Origin: the human T2T-CHM13v2.0 reference genome, Homo sapiens
DNA length: 64,000 nt
Strand: one strand, 5' to 3'
NCBI RefSeq assembly: GCF_009914755.1
Contig: NC_060948.1
Positions 28,568 to 42,868 of this stretch are shown piece by piece; the first letter of the stretch is position 1; every line of letters begins with the position of its first letter. The notes under the pieces were generated by a model. The model ran no database searches. It had not been told where the DNA came from and saw only the letters and a list, made by a program, of their open reading frames with translations. Position numbers and translations under genes: made by a program.

Positions 28568-31500
28568 AGTGTTATGGAACGGACTCAAAAGGAATTGAAT
28601 GTAATAGAATGGAGTGGAGTGGACTCGAATATAATGGACTGGAATGGAATGAAATCACATGGAATGGGAACGAATGGAATGGAATGGAAAGAAATGGAAT
28701 CGAATGGAAAGGAATCGAATGGAAGGGAATGAAATTGAATCAACACGAATGGAAGGGAATAGAATAGACTGTAATGGAATGGACTCGAATAGAATGGACA
28801 CGAATGCTCAAATTAAATGGACTCGAATGGAATGGAAACGAAAGGAATGTCACCGAATGGAATTGAATCGATTGGAATGAAATCGCATAGAATGGAGTGG
28901 AATCAAATGGAATTGAATCGAAAGGAAAGGAAGCGAATGGACTGAAATGAAATGGAATGGAATTGAATGGAAAGTAATGCAATGGAATAGAATGGAACGA
29001 AATTTCACGGAATGGAATGAAACTGAATGGAATCAAATCAATGGAATCAAATCAAATGGAATGGAAAGGAATTGAATGGAGTAGATGGGATTGGATGGGA
29101 TTGGAATGAAATGTACTGGAAAGGACTCGAATTTCATGAAACGGAATGGAATGAATTGGAACGGAATGGACTCAAATGGAATGGAATGTCATGGGATGGC
29201 ATCAAATGGAATGACATCAAATGGAATGGAATCGAATGCAATGGAATGCTATGGAATGGAATGGAATGCATTGGAATGGAATGTCCGCTAATGGAATGGA
29301 TTCGAGTGGAATGGAATCGAATATAATGGAGTCGAATGAAATGGAATTGAAAGGAATGGGATCGAATACAATGGAATATACTGGAATGTAACGTAATGAA
29401 CTCGAATGTAATTGACTGGAATGGAATGTACATGAATGGAATGTAATCGAATGGAAAGTAATCCAATGGAATAGAATCTAATGCAATAAAATCGACTCAG
29501 ATAGAGTAGAATGTAATGGAATGGAGTGCAGTGCAATGGAATGGAATGGAATGGAATGCAATGGAATGGAATGGAATGGAATGGAATGGAATGGAATGGA
29601 ATGGGATGGAATGGTATGGAATGGATAGTAATGCACTGGAGTGAAATGGACTGGAAAGGAATGGACTCAAATTGAAAGGGCTCGAAAGGAATGGAGTCAA
29701 ATGGAATGGTCTGGAATGGAATGAACACGAATGTAATGCAACCCAATAGAATGGAATCGAATGGCATGGAATATAAAGAAATGGAATCGAAGAGAATGGA
29801 AACAAATGGAATGGAATTGAATGGAATGGAATTGAATGGAATGGGAACGAATGGAGTGAAATTGTATGCAGTAGAAGAGAATAGAATGGAATGCAAGCGA
29901 AAGGAAAGGAATGGATTGGAATGGAATGGAATTCATTGGAATGGAAGGGAATGTAGTGTAATGGACAGGCCTGGAATAAAGTGGAATGCTACGGTCTCGA
30001 ATGGAATAAAAATGTATGGAATGGAATGCAATGAAACGGAATCGAATGTCATAGAATGTAATGGAATGCAAAAAAATGGAATCCAAAATCATTGACTGGA
30101 AAGGCTGGGTGTCGAAAGGAATTGACTCCAATGGAATGGAATCGAATGGAATGGAAGTGAATAGAATCGAACTAAATCGAATGGAATGGAATTGATAGGA
30201 ACGGAATGGAAAGGAATGCAATGATTTGGCATGGAATGGAATCGAATGGCATCGAATGGAATGGAATGGAATGCAATGGAATGGAATGTATTAGAATGGA
30301 ATGAACTTTAATGGAATGTACTCGAATGGATTCGACTGGAATGGAATGTTCTGGAAGTGAATGGACTCCAATGGAATGGATTCAAAAGGAATGGAATCGT
30401 ACGGAATGGAATCTAATGGAATGGAATTAAATGGAAATGAATCAAATTGAATAGCACGGAATTGAATTGAATGGAATGGAATGCAATGGAATCTAATGAA
30501 ACGGAAAGGAAAGGAATGGAATGGAATGGAATGGGCTGGAATGGAAAGGAATCGAAACGAATGGAATGGAATCAAAGTGAAGAGACTGGAATGGAATGCA
30601 CTGGAATGGAAGGGAGTGTAATGGAAGGTTCTCGAAAAAAATGGAATCGAATGGAATGGAATTGAATGGAACGGAATAGAGTCGAATGGAATTGAATGGA
30701 ATGGAATGGACTAGAGTGAAATGGAATCGAACCACAAGGAATGGACAGGAATAGAATGGTCTCGAATTGAATGGAATCGTATGGAATGGCATCAAACGGA
30801 ATGGAATGGACAGCCACGGAATGGAATGCACTCGAATGCAATGGAGTCGAAACTAATGGACTGGAATAGAATGGACTCGACTGGTACGGACTCCAATGGA
30901 ATGGAATCGAATGGAAGGGAATCGAACGGAATGGAATCGAACGGAATGGACTCGAAGGGAAAAGACTGCAATGGAAAGGTCTCGAATGGAATGGAAATTA
31001 ATGGAATGGAATGGAATCGAATGAAATGGAGTCAAAAGGAATGGAATCGAATGGCAAGAAATCGAATGTAATGGAATCGCCAGGAATTGATGTGAACGGA
31101 ACGGAATGGAATGGAATCCAAAGGAATGGAATAGAATGGAATGGAATCGAATGGAAAGGACTCGAATGGAAATCACTCGAATAGAATGCAATTTAATAAA
31201 ATAGGATCAAATGTAATGGAATGGAATGGAAAGGAATCGAAACGAAAGGAATGGAGACAGATGGAATGGAATGGAACAGAGAGCAATGGTATAGAATGGA
31301 ATGGAATCATCTGGAATGGAATTGAATGGAATGGAATAATATGAAATGGAATGGAATGGAATGGAATGGAATGCCCTTGAATTAAATGGACTGGAATGGA
31401 ATGGACTCAAACAGAGTGGAATGGAAAGTGTGGAGATAGAATGGAATGAACTCCTTTGGAATGGTGTAGTATGCAATGCAATCGACTGGCAGGGAATCAA

Positions 31501-32146
31501 AAGGAATGTAATCGAATGGATTGGACTGGAATGCAATGGACTCGAATAGATTGGAAACGGAATGCAAAGGAATGGAATGGAATAGTATGGAATGCAATGG
31601 AAGGGAATGGAGTGGAATAGACTAGAGTGGAATGGAATGGACTGGAAAGCAATGGACTGGAATGGAACTTTCTTGGATGGACTGGAATCAAACGGAATGG
31701 AATGCAGTGCAATCAAATGGCATGGAATAAAATAGAATGAAAGAGAATCAAATGGAATTGAATCGAATGGAATCGAATGGATTGGAAAGGAATAGAATGG
31801 AATGGAATGGAATTGACTCAAATGGAATGGACTAGAATGGAATGGATTCGAATGGAAGGCAAAGGAATGGAATCTATTGGAATGGACTGTAATGGAATGG
31901 AATGGAAGGGATTGGAATGGACTCGAATGGAATGGACTGCAATAGAAAGGATTCGAATGGAATGAAAAAGAATTGAATGGAATAGAACAGAATGGAATGA
32001 AATCGAATGAAATGGAATGGAATAGAAAGGAATGGAATGAAATGGAATGGAAAGGATTCGAATGGAATGCAATCGAATGGAATGGAATCGAACGGAATGG
32101 AATAAAATGGAAGAAAACTGGCAAGAAATGGAATCGAAATGAATGG
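28568..32146 (+). repeat. Unit 9 (3579 bp), diverged singleton
   Basis: Pure tract of 8; several private substitutions (e.g. ~28691, ~28853, ~29634, ~30574). Confidence 0.92.
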
Positions 32147-35100
32147 AGTGTTATGGAACGGACTCAAAAGGAATTGAATGTAATAGAATGGAGTGGAGTG
32201 GACTCGAATATAATGGACTGGAATGGAATGAAATCACATGGAATGGGAACGAATGGAATGGAATGGAAAGGAATGGAATCGAATGGAAAGGAATCGAATG
32301 GAAGGGAATGAAATTGAATCAACAGGAATGGAAGGGAATAGAATAGACTGTAATGGAATGGACTCGAATAGAATGGACACGAATGCTCAAATTAAATGGA
32401 CTCGAATGGAATGGAAACGAAAGGAATGTCATCGAATGGAATTGAATCGATTGGAATGAAATCGCATAGAATGGAGTGGAATCAAATGGAATTGAATCGA
32501 AAGGAAAGGAAGCGAATGGACTGAAATGAAATGGAATGGAATTGAATGGAAAGTAATGCAATGGAATAGAATGGAACGAAATTTCACGGAATGGAATCAA
32601 ACTGAATGGAATCAAATCAATGGAATCAAATCAAATGGAATGGAAAGGAATTGAATGGAGTAGATGGGATTGGATGGGATTGGAATGAAATGTACTGGAA
32701 AGGACTCGAATTTCATGAAACGGAATGGAATGAATTGGAACGGAATTGACTCGAATGGAATGGAATGTCATGGGATGGCATCAAATGGAATGACATCAAA
32801 TGGAATGGAATCGAATGCAATGGAATGCTATGGAATGGAATGGAATGCATTGGAATGGAATGTCCGCTAATGGAATGGATTCGAGTGGAATGGAATTGAA
32901 TATAATGGAGTCGAATGAAATGGAATTGAAAGGAATGGGATCGAATACAATGGAATATACTGGAATGTAACGTAATGAACTGGAATGTAATTGACTGGAA
33001 TGGAATGTACATGAATGGAATGTAATCGAATGGAAAGTAATCCAATGGAATAGAATCTAATGCAATAAAATCGACTCAGATAGAGTAGAATGTAATGGAA
33101 TGGAGTGCAGTGCAATGGAATGGAATGGAATGGAATGCAATGGAATGGAATGGAATGGAATGGAATGGAATGGAATGGGATGGAATGGTATGGAATGGAT
33201 AGTAATGGACTGGAGTGAAATGGACTGGAAAGGAATGGACTCAAATTGAAAGGGCTCGAAAGGAATGGAGTCAAATGGAATGGTCTGGAATGGAATGAAC
33301 ACGAATGTAATGCAACCCAATAGAATGGAATCGAATGGCATGGAATATAAAGAAATGGAATCGAAGAGAATGGAAACAAATGGAATGGAATTGAATGGAA
33401 TGGAATTGAATGGAATGGGAACGAATGGAGTGAAATTGTATGCAGTAGAAGAGAATAGAATGGAATGCAAGCGAAAGGAAAGGAATGGATTGGAATGGAA
33501 TGGAATTCATTGGAATGGAAGGGAATGTAGTGTAATGGACAGGCCTGGAATAAAGTGGAATGCTACGGTCTCGAATGGAATAAAAATGTATGGAATGGAA
33601 TGCAATGAAACGGAATCGAATGTCATAGAATGTAATGGAATGCAAAAAAATGGAATCCAAAATCATTGACTGGAAAGGCTGGGTGTCGAAAGGAATTGAC
33701 TCCAATGGAATGGAATCGAATGGAATGGAAGTGAATAGAATCGAACTAAATCGAATGGAATGGAATTGATAGGAACGGAATGGAAAGGAATGCAATGATT
33801 TGGCATGGAATGGAATCGAATGGCATCGAATGGAATGGAATGGAATGCAATGGAATGGAATGTATTAGAATGTAATGAACTTTAATGGAATGTACTCGAA
33901 TGGATTCGACTGGAATGGAATGTTCTGGAAGTGAATGGACTCCAATGGAATGGATTCAAAAGGAATGGAATCGTACGGAATGGAATCTAATGGAATGGAA
34001 TTAAATGGAAATGAATCAAATTGAATAGCACGGAATTGAATTGAATGGAATGGAATGCAATGGAATCTAATGAAACGGAAAGGAAAGGAATGGAATGGAA
34101 TGGAATGGGCTGGAATGGAAAGGAATCGAAACGAATGGAATGGAATCGAAGTGAAGAGACTGGAATGGAATGCACTGGAATGGAAGGGAGTGTAATGGAA
34201 GGTTCTCGAAAAAAATGGAATCGAATGGAATGGAATTGAATGGAACGGAATAGAGTCGAATGGAATTGAATGGAATGGAATGGACTAGAGTGAAATGGAA
34301 TCGAACCACAAGGAATGGACAGGAATAGAATGGTCTCGAATTGAATGGAATCGTATGGAATGGCATCAAACGGAATGGAATGGACAGCCACGGAATGGAA
34401 TGCACTCGAATGCAATGGAGTCGAAACTAATGGACTGGAATAGAATGGACTCGACTGGTACGGACTCCAATGGAATGGAATCGAATGGAAGGGAATCGAA
34501 CGGAATGGAATCGAACGGAATGGACTCGAAGGGAAAAGACTGCAATGGAAAGGTCTCGAATGGAATGGAAATTAATGGAATGGAATGGAATCGAATGAAA
34601 TGGAGTCAAAAGGAATGGAATCGAATGGCAAGAAATCGAATGTAATGGAATCGCCAGGAATTGATGTGAACGGAACGGAATGGAATGGAATCCAAAGGAA
34701 TGGAATAGAATGGAATGGAATCGAATGGAAAGGACTCGAATGGAAATCACTCGAATAGAATGCAATTTAATAAAATAGGATCAAATGTAATGGAATGGAA
34801 TGGAAAGGAATCGAAACGAAAGGAATGGAGACAGATGGAATGGAATGGAACAGAGAGCAATGGTATAGAATGGAATGGAATCATCTGGAATGGAATTGAA
34901 TGGAATGGAATAATATGAAATGGAATGGAATGGAATGGAATGGAATGCCCTTGAATTAAATGGACTGGAATGGAATGGACTCAAACAGAGTGGAATGGAA
35001 AGTGTGGAGATAGAATGGAATGAACTCCTTTGGAATGGTGTAGTATGCAATGCAATCGACTGGCAGGGAATCAAAAGGAATGTAATCGAATGGATTGGAC

Positions 35101-35720
35101 TGGAATGCAATGGACTCGAATAGATTGGAAACGGAATGCAAAGGAATGGAATGGAATAGTATGGAATGCAATGGAAGGGAATGGAGTGGAATAGACTAGA
35201 GTGGAATGGAATGGACTGGAAAGCAATGGACTGGAATGGAACTTTCTTGGATGGACTGGAATCAAACGGAATGGAATGCAGTGCAATCAAATGGCATGGA
35301 ATAAAATAGAATGAAAGAGAATCAAATGGAATTGAATCGAATGGAATCGAATGGATTGGAAAGGAATAGAATGGAATGGAATGGAATTGACTCAAATGGA
35401 ATGGACTAGAATGGAATGGATTCGAATGGAAGGCAAAGGAATGGAATCTATTAGAATGGACTGTAATGGAATGGAATGGAAGGGATTGGAATGGACTCGA
35501 ATGGAATGGACTGCAATAGAAAGGATTCGAATGGAATGAAAAAGAATTGAATGGAATAGAACAGAATGGAATGAAATCGAATGAAATGGAATGGAATAGA
35601 AAGGAATGGAATGAAATGGAATGGAAAGGATTCGAATGGAATGCAATCGAATGGAATGGAATCGAACGGAATGGAATAAAATGGAAGAAAACTGGCAAGA
35701 AATGGAATCGAAATGAATGG
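32147..35720 (+). repeat. Unit 10 (3574 bp)
   Basis: Pure tract of 7; GGAATTGACTCG and GAACTGGAATGT markers shared with units 11-13 and 15. Confidence 0.92.
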
Positions 35721-38700
35721 AGTGTTATGGAACGGACTCAAAAGGAATTGAATGTAATAGAATGGAGTGGAGTGGACTCGAATATAATGGACTGGAATGG
35801 AATGAAATCACATGGAATGGGAACGAATGGAATGGAATGGAAAGGAATGGAATCGAATGGAAAGGAATCGAATGGAAGGGAATGAAATTGAATCAACAGG
35901 AATGGAAGGGAATAGAATAGACTGTAATGGAATGGACTCGAATAGAATGGACACGAATGCTCAAATTAAATGGACTCGAATGGAATGGAAACGAAAGGAA
36001 TGTCATCGAATGGAATTGAATCGATTGGAATGAAATCGCATAGAATGGAGTGGAATCAAATGGAATTGAATCGAAAGGAAAGGAAGCGAATGGACTGAAA
36101 TGAAATGGAATGGAATTGAATGGAAAGTAATGCAATGGAATAGAATGGAACGAAATTTCACGGAATGGAATCAAACTGAATGGAATCAAATCAATGGAAT
36201 CAAATCAAATGGAATGGAAAGGAATTGAATGGAGTAGATGGGATTGGATGGGATTGGAATGAAATGTACTGGAAAGGACTCGAATTTCATGAAACGGAAT
36301 GGAATGAATTGGAACGGAATTGACTCGAATGGAATGGAATGTCATGGGATGGCATCAAATGGAATGACATCAAATGGAATGGAATCGAATGCAATGGAAT
36401 GCTATGGAATGGAATGGAATGCATTGGAATGGAATGTCCGCTAATGGAATGGATTCGAGTGGAATGGAATTGAATATAATGGAGTCGAATGAAATGGAAT
36501 TGAAAGGAATGGGATCGAATACAATGGAATATACTGGAATGTAACGTAATGAACTGGAATGTAATTGACTGGAATGGAATGTACATGAATGGAATGTAAT
36601 CGAATGGAAAGTAATCCAATGGAATAGAATCTAATGCAATAAAATCGACTCAGATAGAGTAGAATGTAATGGAATGGAGTGCAGTGCAATGGAATGGAAT
36701 GGAATGGAATGCAATGGAATGGAATGGAATGGAATGGAATGGAATGGAATGGGATGGAATGGTATGGAATGGATAGTAATGGACTGGAGTGAAATGGACT
36801 GGAAAGGAATGGACTCAAATTGAAAGGGCTCGAAAGGAATGGAGTCAAATGGAATGGTCTGGAATGGAATGAACACGAATGTAATGCAACCCAATAGAAT
36901 GGAATCGAATGGCATGGAATATAAAGAAATGGAATCGAAGAGAATGGAAACAAATGGAATGGAATTGAATGGAATGGAATTGAATGGAATGGGAACGAAT
37001 GGAGTGAAATTGTATGCAGTAGAAGAGAATAGAATGGAATGCAAGCGAAAGGAAAGGAATGGATTGGAATGGAATGGAATTCATTGGAATGGAAGGGAAT
37101 GTAGTGTAATGGACAGGCCTGGAATAAAGTGGAATGCTACGGTCTCGAATGGAATAAAAATGTATGGAATGGAATGCAATGAAACGGAATCGAATGTCAT
37201 AGAATGTAATGGAATGCAAAAAAATGGAATCCAAAATCATTGACTGGAAAGGCTGGGTGTCGAAAGGAATTGACTCCAATGGAATGGAATCGAATGGAAT
37301 GGAAGTGAATAGAATCGAACTAAATCGAATGGAATGGAATTGATAGGAACGGAATGGAAAGGAATGCAATGATTTGGCATGGAATGGAATCGAATGGCAT
37401 CGAATGGAATGGAATGGAATGCAATGGAATGGAATGTATTAGAATGTAATGAACTTTAATGGAATGTACTCGAATGGATTCGACTGGAATGGAATGTTCT
37501 GGAAGTGAATGGACTCCAATGGAATGGATTCAAAAGGAATGGAATCGTACGGAATGGAATCTAATGGAATGGAATTAAATGGAAATGAATCAAATTGAAT
37601 AGCACGGAATTGAATTGAATGGAATGGAATGCAATGGAATCTAATGAAACGGAAAGGAAAGGAATGGAATGGAATGGAATGGGCTGGAATGGAAAGGAAT
37701 CGAAACGAATGGAATGGAATCGAAGTGAAGAGACTGGAATGGAATGCACTGGAATGGAAGGGAGTGTAATGGAAGGTTCTCGAAAAAAATGGAATCGAAT
37801 GGAATGGAATTGAATGGAACGGAATAGAGTCGAATGGAATTGAATGGAATGGAATGGACTAGAGTGAAATGGAATCGAACCACAAGGAATGGACAGGAAT
37901 AGAATGGTCTCGAATTGAATGGAATCGTATGGAATGGCATCAAACGGAATGGAATGGACAGCCACGGAATGGAATGCACTCGAATGCAATGGAGTCGAAA
38001 CTAATGGACTGGAATAGAATGGACTCGACTGGTACGGACTCCAATGGAATGGAATCGAATGGAAGGGAATCGAACGGAATGGAATCGAACGGAATGGACT
38101 CGAAGGGAAAAGACTGCAATGGAAAGGTCTCGAATGGAATGGAAATTAATGGAATGGAATGGAATCGAATGAAATGGAGTCAAAAGGAATGGAATCGAAT
38201 GGCAAGAAATCGAATGTAATGGAATCGCCAGGAATTGATGTGAACGGAACGGAATGGAATGGAATCCAAAGGAATGGAATAGAATGGAATGGAATCGAAT
38301 GGAAAGGACTCGAATGGAAATCACTCGAATAGAATGCAATTTAATAAAATAGGATCAAATGTAATGGAATGGAATGGAAAGGAATCGAAACGAAAGGAAT
38401 GGAGACAGATGGAATGGAATGGAACAGAGAGCAATGGTATAGAATGGAATGGAATCATCTGGAATGGAATTGAATGGAATGGAATAATATGAAATGGAAT
38501 GGAATGGAATGGAATGGAATGCCCTTGAATTAAATGGACTGGAATGGAATGGACTCAAACAGAGTGGAATGGAAAGTGTGGAGATAGAATGGAATGAACT
38601 CCTTTGGAATGGTGTAGTATGCAATGCAATCGACTGGCAGGGAATCAAAAGGAATGTAATCGAATGGATTGGACTGGAATGCAATGGACTCGAATAGATT

Positions 38701-39294
38701 GGAAACGGAATGCAAAGGAATGGAATGGAATAGTATGGAATGCAATGGAAGGGAATGGAGTGGAATAGACTAGAGTGGAATGGAATGGACTGGAAAGCAA
38801 TGGACTGGAATGGAACTTTCTTGGATGGACTGGAATCAAACGGAATGGAATGCAGTGCAATCAAATGGCATGGAATAAAATAGAATGAAAGAGAATCAAA
38901 TGGAATTGAATCGAATGGAATCGAATGGATTGGAAAGGAATAGAATGGAATGGAATGGAATTGACTCAAATGGAATGGACTAGAATGGAATGGATTCGAA
39001 TGGAAGGCAAAGGAATGGAATCTATTAGAATGGACTGTAATGGAATGGAATGGAAGGGATTGGAATGGACTCGAATGGAATGGACTGCAATAGAAAGGAT
39101 TCGAATGGAATGAAAAAGAATTGAATGGAATAGAACAGAATGGAATCAAATCGAATGAAATGGAATGGAATAGAAAGGAATGGAATGAAATGGAATGGAA
39201 AGGATTCGAATGGAATGCAATCGAATGGAATGGAATCGAACGGAATGGAATAAAATGGAAGAAAACTGGCAAGAAATGGAATCGAAATGAATGG
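35721..39294 (+). repeat. Unit 11 (3574 bp)
   Basis: Near-identical to units 10 and 12; exact 3574 offset of landmarks. Confidence 0.92.
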
Positions 39295-42200
39295 AGTGTT
39301 ATGGAACGGACTCAAAAGGAATTGAATGTAATAGAATGGAGTGGAGTGGACTCGAATATAATGGACTGGAATGGAATGAAATCACATGGAATGGGAACGA
39401 ATGGAATGGAATGGAAAGGAATGGAATCGAATGGAAAGGAATCGAATGGAAGGGAATGAAATTGAATCAACAGGAATGGAAGGGAATAGAATAGACTGTA
39501 ATGGAATGGACTCGAATAGAATGGACACGAATGCTCAAATTAAATGGACTCGAATGGAATGGAAACGAAAGGAATGTCATCGAATGGAATTGAATCGATT
39601 GGAATGAAATCGCATAGAATGGAGTGGAATCAAATGGAATTGAATCGAAAGGAAAGGAAGCGAATGGACTGAAATGAAATGGAATGGAATTGAATGGAAA
39701 GTAATGCAATGGAATAGAATGGAACGAAATTTCACGGAATGGAATCAAACTGAATGGAATCAAATCAATGGAATCAAATCAAATGGAATGGAAAGGAATT
39801 GAATGGAGTAGATGGGATTGGATGGGATTGGAATGAAATGTACTGGAAAGGACTCGAATTTCATGAAACGGAATGGAATGAATTGGAACGGAATTGACTC
39901 GAATGGAATGGAATGTCATGGGATGGCATCAAATGGAATGACATCAAATGGAATGGAATCGAATGCAATGGAATGCTATGGAATGGAATGGAATGCATTG
40001 GAATGGAATGTCCGCTAATGGAATGGATTCGAGTGGAATGGAATTGAATATAATGGAGTCGAATGAAATGGAATTGAAAGGAATGGGATCGAATACAATG
40101 GAATATACTGGAATGTAACGTAATGAACTGGAATGTAATTGACTGGAATGGAATGTACATGAATGGAATGTAATCGAATGGAAAGTAATCCAATGGAATA
40201 GAATCTAATGCAATAAAATCGACTCAGATAGAGTAGAATGTAATGGAATGGAGTGCAGTGCAATGGAATGGAATGGAATGGAATGCAATGGAATGGAATG
40301 GAATGGAATGGAATGGAATGGAATGGGATGGAATGGTATGGAATGGATAGTAATGGACTGGAGTGAAATGGACTGGAAAGGAATGGACTCAAATTGAAAG
40401 GGCTCGAAAGGAATGGAGTCAAATGGAATGGTCTGGAATGGAATGAACACGAATGTAATGCAACCCAATAGAATGGAATCGAATGGCATGGAATATAAAG
40501 AAATGGAATCGAAGAGAATGGAAACAAATGGAATGGAATTGAATGGAATGGAATTGAATGGAATGGGAACGAATGGAGTGAAATTGTATGCAGTAGAAGA
40601 GAATAGAATGGAATGCAAGCGAAAGGAAAGGAATGGATTGGAATGGAATGGAATTCATTGGAATGGAAGGGAATGTAGTGTAATGGACAGGCCTGGAATA
40701 AAGTGGAATGCTACGGTCTCGAATGGAATAAAAATGTATGGAATGGAATGCAATGAAACGGAATCGAATGTCATAGAATGTAATGGAATGCAAAAAAATG
40801 GAATCCAAAATCATTGACTGGAAAGGCTGGGTGTCGAAAGGAATTGACTCCAATGGAATGGAATCGAATGGAATGGAAGTGAATAGAATCGAACTAAATC
40901 GAATGGAATGGAATTGATAGGAACGGAATGGAAAGGAATGCAATGATTTGGCATGGAATGGAATCGAATGGCATCGAATGGAATGGAATGGAATGCAATG
41001 GAATGGAATGTATTAGAATGTAATGAACTTTAATGGAATGTACTCGAATGGATTCGACTGGAATGGAATGTTCTGGAAGTGAATGGACTCCAATGGAATG
41101 GATTCAAAAGGAATGGAATCGTACGGAATGGAATCTAATGGAATGGAATTAAATGGAAATGAATCAAATTGAATAGCACGGAATTGAATTGAATGGAATG
41201 GAATGCAATGGAATCTAATGAAACGGAAAGGAAAGGAATGGAATGGAATGGAATGGGCTGGAATGGAAAGGAATCGAAACGAATGGAATGGAATCGAAGT
41301 GAAGAGACTGGAATGGAATGCACTGGAATGGAAGGGAGTGTAATGGAAGGTTCTCGAAAAAAATGGAATCGAATGGAATGGAATTGAATGGAACGGAATA
41401 GAGTCGAATGGAATTGAATGGAATGGAATGGACTAGAGTGAAATGGAATCGAACCACAAGGAATGGACAGGAATAGAATGGTCTCGAATTGAATGGAATC
41501 GTATGGAATGGCATCAAACGGAATGGAATGGACAGCCACGGAATGGAATGCACTCGAATGCAATGGAGTCGAAACTAATGGACTGGAATAGAATGGACTC
41601 GACTGGTACGGACTCCAATGGAATGGAATCGAATGGAAGGGAATCGAACGGAATGGAATCGAACGGAATGGACTCGAAGGGAAAAGACTGCAATGGAAAG
41701 GTCTCGAATGGAATGGAAATTAATGGAATGGAATGGAATCGAATGAAATGGAGTCAAAAGGAATGGAATCGAATGGCAAGAAATCGAATGTAATGGAATC
41801 GCCAGGAATTGATGTGAACGGAACGGAATGGAATGGAATCCAAAGGAATGGAATAGAATGGAATGGAATCGAATGGAAAGGACTCGAATGGAAATCACTC
41901 GAATAGAATGCAATTTAATAAAATAGGATCAAATGTAATGGAATGGAATGGAAAGGAATCGAAACGAAAGGAATGGAGACAGATGGAATGGAATGGAACA
42001 GAGAGCAATGGTATAGAATGGAATGGAATCATCTGGAATGGAATTGAATGGAATGGAATAATATGAAATGGAATGGAATGGAATGGAATGGAATGCCCTT
42101 GAATTAAATGGACTGGAATGGAATGGACTCAAACAGAGTGGAATGGAAAGTGTGGAGATAGAATGGAATGAACTCCTTTGGAATGGTGTAGTATGCAATG

Positions 42201-42868
42201 CAATCGACTGGCAGGGAATCAAAAGGAATGTAATCGAATGGATTGGACTGGAATGCAATGGACTCGAATAGATTGGAAACGGAATGCAAAGGAATGGAAT
42301 GGAATAGTATGGAATGCAATGGAAGGGAATGGAGTGGAATAGACTAGAGTGGAATGGAATGGACTGGAAAGCAATGGACTGGAATGGAACTTTCTTGGAT
42401 GGACTGGAATCAAACGGAATGGAATGCAGTGCAATCAAATGGCATGGAATAAAATAGAATGAAAGAGAATCAAATGGAATTGAATCGAATGGAATCGAAT
42501 GGATTGGAAAGGAATAGAATGGAATGGAATGGAATTGACTCAAATGGAATGGACTAGAATGGAATGGATTCGAATGGAAGGCAAAGGAATGGAATCTATT
42601 AGAATGGACTGTAATGGAATGGAATGGAAGGGATTGGAATGGACTCGAATGGAATGGACTGCAATAGAAAGGATTCGAATGGAATGAAAAAGAATTGAAT
42701 GGAATAGAACAGAATGGAATCAAATCGAATGAAATGGAATGGAATAGAAAGGAATGGAATGAAATGGAATGGAAAGGATTCGAATGGAATGCAATCGAAT
42801 GGAATGGAATCGAACGGAATGGAATAAAATGGAAGAAAACTGGCAAGAAATGGAATCGAAATGAATGG
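39295..42868 (+). repeat. Unit 12 (3574 bp)
   Basis: Near-identical to unit 11; identical ORF translations in the track. Confidence 0.92.
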
